Of a stretch of 64,000 bases of DNA, positions 57,903 through 64,000 are shown one piece after another. A model generated the notes under the pieces. That model was not told the DNA's origin and searched no databases. It was given only the letters and a program-made list of their open reading frames with translations. Source of the stretch: a virus; the IMG/VR virus record IMGVR_UViG_3300021963_000094, positions 1-64,000 of that record; one strand, given 5' to 3'. Numbering within the stretch: position 1 is the first letter of the stretch; every line of letters starts with the position of its first letter. A program made the position numbers and the translations under genes.

Positions 57903-59444
57903 ATGCTAAAATTTATAGTATCTGAAGACCTTCAATGGTTACTTTTACAAGACTACGATGAAGAGGTTGACAGAAAGCAACTTGAAATATCTTTAACAAG
58001 AAAAATACACAATTATTTTTTTCATCCACTCGTGAAGAAAAAACATTGGGATGGAGCAATTTGCTTTGTTGACAAGCGTGGTCCATTGTGGAGAATCCCT
58101 AGTGGTCTTTGGAGTGAGGTTTTTGAAATCGGTGAAAAATATAAAATAGAGGTTGAGATAATAGGCCTTGATAAAATAGTAGATGGTAATTTAACCCTTG
58201 AAGAATTCACTGAATGGGCTAATGAATTTTTTGCAGATAAAGAATTAAAGCCTAGAGACTATCAGATAGAAGCTGCATGGAGAATTGTTAAATTTAGATT
58301 TTCCTGTTTGGAAATTGCAACATCATCGGGTAAGACCCTAATTGCATTTATTGTTCTTGCGTACTTAAAAAATGTAAGGGGAATCAATAAATTTCTGATG
58401 ATAGTTCCTAATACCACATTGATCTTGCAGGGATCTGAAGATTTCGAAGGATATGGATTGAAGGAATTAGATAACTGTGACATTCAATTGATCCATGGAG
58501 GAAATAAGAATAAAATCTCGGGAGGATTAATGATTGGTACGTATCAATCTCTTGTTAAGCAAGAAGATGATTTCTTTGATGGTGTTGAAGCTATCTTTGT
58601 TGATGAATCACATCAATCCCATTCCAAGTCAATTAAAGAGGTTATATCTAAGTGTAAGGATTCGAGATATAGATTCGGTCTTTCAGGAACATTGACAAAC
58701 AGAAACACCGCAGAACATTTAACTATCCAGCAGTACCTAGGTCCATTAACCATGGAGATTAGTCCTAAGTTTTTGTTTGATAACAAGTACGCCACACCTG
58801 TCGCTATTAAAATAGTTAAGATGGATTGGCTGGACGAAAACCTCAAACAAAAACTTTACGAACTGAGGACCAATAAAAATAACAAGGACACCGAAAAGTT
58901 GGAAGGGAGTGAAATATTCGGGGTGGAAAGAAAGCTTGTTATATCTTCAGACAAAAGATTAAAATATATCGTAGATTTTATTGCTAAGACAAGTAAAAAT
59001 TCACTTGTGCTTTTCCAGTCTGTTGGTGAGGGATACGGTAAAAGAATATACGAGAATCTAAGGGAGATCCAAGCAGACAAGGAAGTTTTTTATATAGACG
59101 GTGACACTGATCCCGAGAGAAGAGACTATTACAAGACCAAACTTGAAGAAGGAGCTAACAAAGTTATGGTAGCAAGCTTTGGTACACTTAGTACCGGGGT
59201 TTCTGTGAAGAATATTCACAATATATTTTTGGTCGAATCATATAAATCTGAGGTTTTGATCAAACAAAGCTTAGGAAGGGGTATGAGACTTTACGAGGGC
59301 AAGGAAAGGGTAAATATCATCGATTTTGTGGACGATTTCTCCTATGAGGGGTCTATGAATTATCTAATGAAGCATTCTCTGGAAAGGATAGAAATATACA
59401 AAAGGGAGAAGTTTGAATATAAGACCTACGATATTACTCTTTAG
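57903..59444 (+). CDS. uvsW: SF2 DNA helicase, T4 UvsW-like
   Basis: PRDYQ, ATSSGKT, DESH, GLSGT, STGVS and QSLGRGMR motifs; N-terminal WDG.I. Confidence 0.92.
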   Translation: MLKFIVSEDLQWLLLQDYDEEVDRKQLEISLTRKIHNYFFHPLVKKKHWDGAICFVDKRGPLWRIPSGLWSEVFEIGEKYKIEVEIIGLDKIVDGNLTLEEFTEWANEFFADKELKPRDYQIEAAWRIVKFRFSCLEIATSSGKTLIAFIVLAYLKNVRGINKFLMIVPNTTLILQGSEDFEGYGLKELDNCDIQLIHGGNKNKISGGLMIGTYQSLVKQEDDFFDGVEAIFVDESHQSHSKSIKEVISKCKDSRYRFGLSGTLTNRNTAEHLTIQQYLGPLTMEISPKFLFDNKYATPVAIKIVKMDWLDENLKQKLYELRTNKNNKDTEKLEGSEIFGVERKLVISSDKRLKYIVDFIAKTSKNSLVLFQSVGEGYGKRIYENLREIQADKEVFYIDGDTDPERRDYYKTKLEEGANKVMVASFGTLSTGVSVKNIHNIFLVESYKSEVLIKQSLGRGMRLYEGKERVNIIDFVDDFSYEGSMNYLMKHSLERIEIYKREKFEYKTYDITL

Positions 59445-59452
59445 TATCTTTG

Positions 59453-59461
59453 GATATATAA
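59453..59461 (+). promoter_or_regulatory. Putative late promoter (GATATATAA)
   Basis: Recurrent motif, 11 nt before ATG 59473. Confidence 0.55.
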
Positions 59462-59472
59462 AATAAAAAAAG

Positions 59473-60165
59473 ATGAGACATCTCCAATCATTCGAATTAC
59501 TAGAGAGCAGTAATAAATATGTTAAGTCGTATACCCCTGAAAAATACAAAAAAATCACGGGTAGTGATTCTGCCCCTGGATTTACTGGGTGGATTTATAA
59601 TATTTTCATGTCTCTGAAGAGTAATTTTGAGAATATGGATAATTTCTTTATGAGTAATATCTACATGAAAGATATCCACGGAAAACCAATCGATACCGGA
59701 ATGGGATGGCTAATTGGACAGGCTGGGTCACTTGCCACGTCTGTTGCAGCCAAAATTTTCGAGCCTAGTGAATTTATTAGCACAGATTGGAAATCTTCTG
59801 ACGGATCTACTATAACCCCTCCAACATCAGATAAAGATGTGAAACCGGAGCATCTTAGATTGTTCAACGATAATTTCGCAAAAAAAGATCTTCCTAATAT
59901 CAAGAACGACGGGGATATGAAAAACTGGATTACAGACTTCTATAAAAAATCAGGCACCCCTCCAGGAAAGATAAGATGGGTAGATGATGCAGCATCAACT
60001 GCTAGCAACACATACTACAATAGATCAATGGGATATGGCGGAACGGAGGTAGAATCTGGATCGGGAGGAGTAGGAACCGCAATGAATATAGCAAGCGCAG
60101 CATCATCTTTACTTCCGATTGGGAAGGCAGGTAAGATAGCAGCTACTGTATTAAAAAAATCATAA
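59473..60165 (+). CDS. Hypothetical protein, candidate internal head protein
   Basis: N-terminus MRHLQSFELLES resembles the T4 capsid-targeting sequence plus an LxE cleavage site. Confidence 0.55.
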   Translation: MRHLQSFELLESSNKYVKSYTPEKYKKITGSDSAPGFTGWIYNIFMSLKSNFENMDNFFMSNIYMKDIHGKPIDTGMGWLIGQAGSLATSVAAKIFEPSEFISTDWKSSDGSTITPPTSDKDVKPEHLRLFNDNFAKKDLPNIKNDGDMKNWITDFYKKSGTPPGKIRWVDDAASTASNTYYNRSMGYGGTEVESGSGGVGTAMNIASAASSLLPIGKAGKIAATVLKKS

Positions 60166-60178
60166 TATAAAAAAATAA

Positions 60179-60442
60179 ATGAAAAAAGTATCACAAATTC
60201 AGGAAAGCTTAAAGGTACAAAAAGCTACTGCAATCTCTAAATTGGAAGAGACGAATAAGTATCTGACTTTTGCTAAAGCGTACTATAAGAAGCATGGCGT
60301 TTCTGGTCCTTTCGATGAGAAATTCAAAGGCAATAAAAAAGCACAAGAAAAATTCATGGAAGAATTAGGAAAGGCCTGGTCTGATTACAAGAAAGAAAAA
60401 GGAATCGAAACTAAGTCTAGCAAACCTTGGGGTAAGAAGTAG
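60179..60442 (+). CDS. Small Lys-rich hypothetical protein
   Basis: 87 aa, basic; N-terminus MKKVSQIQES. Confidence 0.6.
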   Translation: MKKVSQIQESLKVQKATAISKLEETNKYLTFAKAYYKKHGVSGPFDEKFKGNKKAQEKFMEELGKAWSDYKKEKGIETKSSKPWGKK

Positions 60443-60459
60443 GAATAAAATCCAAAAAC

Positions 60460-60888
60460 ATGTACGATATATTTTTCCCTATTATTGAGCACTATACAGG
60501 AACTGTGGTATCGAAGGTAAGAAGAATAGATGAACTAATTCTATTCCGAACCATACAGGGTCAAGCAGGTAAGATAGAGAGAAATTTATACGGAGATTGG
60601 GATTTATTGGTTGATGAGGAAAAAGTAGCTGAAATAGAAGATGTGTTATTTTCTATCTTTTGTGAGTCCAAGGATCAACCCCCAATTGACAAGTATTATA
60701 AAGAATTATTAAGATTAAAAAATAAAGGCGTATTGAATTATAAATCCAATGTGCTAGTAGATCAACTAATAACTTCCATAGAATTTCTAATTCTACACAT
60801 GGAAGTTCAATTAGAAGATCCTATAGCAATGGGACCTTATTATACATTCAGCCACAATGGAACTAAACACGTTTTAGTATTAAATTAA
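60460..60888 (+). CDS. Hypothetical protein
   Basis: 142-aa ORF in the operon. Confidence 0.6.
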   Translation: MYDIFFPIIEHYTGTVVSKVRRIDELILFRTIQGQAGKIERNLYGDWDLLVDEEKVAEIEDVLFSIFCESKDQPPIDKYYKELLRLKNKGVLNYKSNVLVDQLITSIEFLILHMEVQLEDPIAMGPYYTFSHNGTKHVLVLN

Positions 60889-60892
60889 AAAT

Positions 60893-62869
60893 ATGGCAGG
60901 GATAAAACATTTAAGCGAGATTTACAAAAAACAAGGAGCGCAATTCCTTGATGATTTATTTGGAAAGGAATTAACAGTTTCTGAAAAATTAAATGGGATG
61001 AGCTTTTCTTTCGAGAAAAGTATCTTCGACGGATCTCTGTCTTTTTATAAAAGAGATCAGGTAAATCCCATCTCAAAAATTGATCGTGTACTAATGAAGT
61101 ACTACGAATCACCAATTTCACACATTCAGGAACTACCAGCATTAACTTTAGACGAAATCCCTAGCGGATGGAGATTTGGGATGGAATTTTTTATTAATCC
61201 TAGTCCAGTTTTAGTTTCCTATCAAAGAGTACCTAAAAATGGATTGGTTCTGACACATATTGTTGTTAAGAATCAATTCGGTGACGTTGAAAGAACTATC
61301 GTTGAAAAAGAAGAACTAGATTACTGGGCAGATCTTTTAGGCGTTGAAACACCACCTATCATATTTCAGGGTAAGCTATCTGACGAGCAAAAAGTATCAA
61401 TTAATGATTTTGTTAATTCACCGCATGATAATCTTAAGAAAGATCACGGAACAGAAAGCTTTGCTAAATATCTTGTTACCATTTTAAATCCAGGGTTAAA
61501 TAAAACATTCCTAAATGATTCTTTGGAAGAACCAATAGAGGGTGTGGTATTTAGATTTGGATCGATTGATGGGACAGGAGAATCTTTCACTGCAAAGATA
61601 TTAGATCCGGTTTTTGAAGATATCACAAGACAGAACAATGTAAAGAAGGTAAGTTATTTTCCAAGCGATATCTACGGAATTACTATACTAGAAGTGATGA
61701 ACTACATCCTCGATAAAGGAGTTGATTCATTCTCATTTACCGGGGAGGATCCACAAGACAAATATATTTCTTTTGTGTGTTCTGTGTTCAATTCATTCAC
61801 TGATGAATATGGAGAAAAATATTTAGGACTTGATTTTCAAGAGCCTCAATTTTTAAAGCAAGAAGGATTTGAATCAAATCACGATTTAATTCAAGATGAG
61901 AAAACAAGATCTTTAATTACTGATGATGAAAGCTATGAGTCTCTTTTCAAATTAATTCTTTCTGCTTTCAGAAAAATCAAGAAAAGACCTGGAGGGTTTT
62001 TCACACAGGGAGCTATTGAACAATTTAATTTATTGGTTAAAGAAATCTCCGAATACCTAAACAACAATTCAATCGTTGTTGAATCTATCATTCCAACATT
62101 CGATCAATTCAGAAAGGTTAAAAAACCTTTCATTCCTCAAGAGGAAGAGGATGAAGAGGATATCGAAGATGAGGTTGAGGAAATTCCAAGAGATGAAGTT
62201 GTAGAAGAACCTGTAGAGAACCCGATCGAAGAACCAGAGGTTGAAATCGAGGAAGACCCAATAGGAGATGAAGTAGTTTTAGATCCAGAAGTTATTGATC
62301 AAATCAAAACAGCACTTGGACAAAATGAACCGATTTCACAGAAATCTGTAGAAGATGACGTTAGAAGAGTAAACATAGTGATTGGTAAATTCCAACCTTT
62401 CAACAACGGTCACTTAAAGATGATTAAAAAAGCAAATCAGAATAACGGATTACCTGTTGCTGTGTTTGTAATTAAACCAGGTCCACATAGCTTCATAGAC
62501 GATCAAACGATGGACAAGATGATGGGAATAGTATCCAACGATCTTTCTGATGTGATAGACTCTGTTCATTATGTTGATGATGATCTTTTATCAACAGCTG
62601 TTCAAACCCTTGGAGATAAATATGAGCCCAAAACATTGACTGTTGGGAAGAAAAGATTGGATAATTATTTGCTTCAAACAAGATCATTAAAGAAGAGAAA
62701 AAAGCTAAACCCTGCTTTTCAAATTCAAACTTCACCTGAATGGATCAATTCAATGGATGTATCCAAGACTATCCAAGAGAAAAATTACATGGAATTCAAA
62801 AAGAACGTTCCTAAATCTCTCTCCGGCCTTTGGGAGGAACTCACAAGATGCTACGATTCGTCTAAATAA
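60893..62869 (+). CDS. Fusion of an ATP-dependent (Rnl2-like) ligase domain, an acidic linker and a HIGH-class nucleotidyltransferase-like domain
   Basis: EKLNG (motif I), GMEF (III), EGVVFR (IV), AKI (V); C-terminal GKFQPFNNGH. Confidence 0.7.
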   Translation: MAGIKHLSEIYKKQGAQFLDDLFGKELTVSEKLNGMSFSFEKSIFDGSLSFYKRDQVNPISKIDRVLMKYYESPISHIQELPALTLDEIPSGWRFGMEFFINPSPVLVSYQRVPKNGLVLTHIVVKNQFGDVERTIVEKEELDYWADLLGVETPPIIFQGKLSDEQKVSINDFVNSPHDNLKKDHGTESFAKYLVTILNPGLNKTFLNDSLEEPIEGVVFRFGSIDGTGESFTAKILDPVFEDITRQNNVKKVSYFPSDIYGITILEVMNYILDKGVDSFSFTGEDPQDKYISFVCSVFNSFTDEYGEKYLGLDFQEPQFLKQEGFESNHDLIQDEKTRSLITDDESYESLFKLILSAFRKIKKRPGGFFTQGAIEQFNLLVKEISEYLNNNSIVVESIIPTFDQFRKVKKPFIPQEEEDEEDIEDEVEEIPRDEVVEEPVENPIEEPEVEIEEDPIGDEVVLDPEVIDQIKTALGQNEPISQKSVEDDVRRVNIVIGKFQPFNNGHLKMIKKANQNNGLPVAVFVIKPGPHSFIDDQTMDKMMGIVSNDLSDVIDSVHYVDDDLLSTAVQTLGDKYEPKTLTVGKKRLDNYLLQTRSLKKRKKLNPAFQIQTSPEWINSMDVSKTIQEKNYMEFKKNVPKSLSGLWEELTRCYDSSK

Positions 62870-62874
62870 CTACT

Positions 62875-62900
62875 AAATCCTGCAATCGCAGGATTTTTTT
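62875..62900 (+). terminator. Rho-independent terminator
   Basis: AAATCCTGC-AATC-GCAGGATTT stem-loop running into a T tract, just after the 62869 stop. Confidence 0.85.
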
Positions 62901-62921
62901 ACGTGGATATGTGGTACATTT

Positions 62922-62931
62922 GAATATATAA
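62922..62931 (+). promoter_or_regulatory. Putative late promoter (GAATATATAA)
   Basis: Recurrent motif just downstream of the terminator, 16 nt before ATG 62948. Confidence 0.55.
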
Positions 62932-62947
62932 AGCAAAAAACATAGGA

Positions 62948-63757
62948 ATGTCTAAATTAGTAAAATGGAAAGACTATAGCAAAATCTACGAGGATGCTAA
63001 TTCCAATACAGGTATCGATGAGGTAGCTGCCAAAAAAATACAAAAATGCCAGATTATTTTAATAACCCAAGCGGCATTTTTTGGCCAGCTTTGCATGAAT
63101 CTAAAATTCATAGAGGATAGAAATTTAAGATTCAAAACCATGGCTACCGACGGAATGAATATTTATTATGATCCAGGTTTCGTTAATGATCACACGGATG
63201 CAGAAATTAGATGGGTAATATGTCATGAGATATTACACTGCTCTTTGCATCACTTTTTAAGAAAGCAGGCAAATCCTAGTATTTGGAATATGGCAGCTGA
63301 TTATGAAATCAATCAATTGATAGATCCTAAAAATTATACATCTAAGCCAACTTATCAAAATGCTTTGGGAACAATGCCTTCTGGTGCTTTAGGTGGTTCT
63401 GGTGATAAAGATAAAGGATTTTTAAATGGCGATTACAAAGGTAAAGCAGCAGAGCAAATCTATCAAATGCTCATAGAAAATAACACACAAGTACCTCCTG
63501 AAGAAGGGTGGAATTACGGAGGGGTTCAGCCTCCTGTCATGGTTTCTGCCCCTCCGGGATCTGGCGGTGGGAATGATGAAGATTATGGTGAAAAAGCAAA
63601 GGTTGGTGATTATGTTGCCTTACCTGGTGGAGGATACGGAAAGATCGAATCAATTGATCCTGCAACAGGTGATGCTGATATTACACAAGTAACAGAGCCA
63701 GATTTGAGGTCAATGATTGAATCAAAAACGGGTAAAACAGTTAAAAAAATAAGCTAA
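62948..63757 (+). CDS. DUF2201-like HEXXH metallopeptidase domain with C-terminal KOW/SH3-like element
   Basis: FFG.L, TMATDG..IYY.P.F, HEILH...H..R, WN.AADY.IN and AE.IY motifs; KVGDYV...GYGKI..ID. Confidence 0.8.
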   Translation: MSKLVKWKDYSKIYEDANSNTGIDEVAAKKIQKCQIILITQAAFFGQLCMNLKFIEDRNLRFKTMATDGMNIYYDPGFVNDHTDAEIRWVICHEILHCSLHHFLRKQANPSIWNMAADYEINQLIDPKNYTSKPTYQNALGTMPSGALGGSGDKDKGFLNGDYKGKAAEQIYQMLIENNTQVPPEEGWNYGGVQPPVMVSAPPGSGGGNDEDYGEKAKVGDYVALPGGGYGKIESIDPATGDADITQVTEPDLRSMIESKTGKTVKKIS

Positions 63758-63767
63758 TTATAATAAT

Positions 63768-64000
63768 ATGAAATTTAGTGTAAAGGATTTAAGGAAAATT
63801 GAGGTTGAGTATGAGCCAACACCGCCACCACCTACCCCACCACCGGGTGAAGATCCACCCCCTCCACTTCCCCCAATGCCACCGGGGGAAGAAAAACCAT
63901 GGAATGAAAAACCAGATCCGAACGAAAAAGGTGGAGATGGCCCAGGCAAAGAGGGTCAAGGGACTAAACCTAAATTAGTGTCTAAGAAAATAGAATCTGA
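63768..64000 (+). CDS. Pro-rich N-terminus of a gene running off the window (possibly the VWA-bearing partner)
   Basis: ATG at 63768 with an open frame to the window end: MKFSVKDLRKIEVEYEPTPPPPTPPPGEDPPPP... It is absent from the ORF track because there is no stop. Confidence 0.6.
   Translation, partial: MKFSVKDLRKIEVEYEPTPPPPTPPPGEDPPPPLPPMPPGEEKPWNEKPDPNEKGGDGPGKEGQGTKPKLVSKKIES

Noticed and set aside
385-63949. Numerous 60-180 aa minus-strand ORFs antisense to long genes (e.g. 17848-18381, 50534-51058, 63758-63949)
   Set aside because: They lie fully inside well-supported plus-strand genes and have antisense-typical Ser/Leu/Phe/Ile-rich or mirrored low-complexity composition with no motifs.
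1-64000. Stop-codon reassignment (TAG/TGA recoding known in some large phages)
   Set aside because: Standard-code ORFs tile the window densely with full-length conserved proteins, and TAG and TGA both serve as real stops (e.g. gmd TAG, ATGA overlaps).
1-64000. tRNA/rRNA genes, introns, inteins, homing endonucleases, IS elements
   Set aside because: Intergenic gaps are nearly all under 100 nt with no cloverleaf seen. UvsW, primase and PhoH are normal length and uninterrupted. No LAGLIDADG/HNH/GIY-YIG or transposase motifs were recognised by eye.

Overview
This AT-rich, gene-dense window is almost entirely on the + strand and reads as part of a jumbo/huge myovirus with T4-like core genes. The host is probably Bacteroidota, inferred from the S1 N-terminus, the SD-poor A-rich start contexts and the propeller/PKD domains. 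From left to right: (1) the end of a glycan biosynthesis/modification cluster (GT-like fragment, polysaccharide pyruvyltransferase, two SAM methyltransferases, fcl, gmd); (2) small genes including a Lys-rich protein and a NUDIX hydrolase; (3) a long tail/baseplate/neck module (gp48/53/27/54/5/13/25/6/7-like genes and giant fibre-type proteins) that also contains a 4-domain ribosomal protein S1 homologue, a degenerate amidoligase and a minus-strand phoH; (4) two fibre-like proteins with mucin-like (PTPA)n arrays flanking a Pol-beta-type nucleotidyltransferase; (5) gp3-like, RuvC-like, gp32 SSB, gp61 primase, UvsY and UvsW; (6) a late-expressed block with capsid-targeting-like N-termini, including an RNA-ligase/HIGH-nucleotidyltransferase fusion and a HEXXH DUF2201-like peptidase. 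A recurrent RATATATA motif marks putative late promoters, several only 5-7 nt from the start codon. The strongest system-level hypotheses are phage-encoded glycosylation of Pro/Thr-rich virion fibres, translation capture by a short S1 paired with near-leaderless late mRNAs, and a packaged RNA-repair/nucleotide enzyme. All assignments come from motif recognition by eye; no database searches were run.
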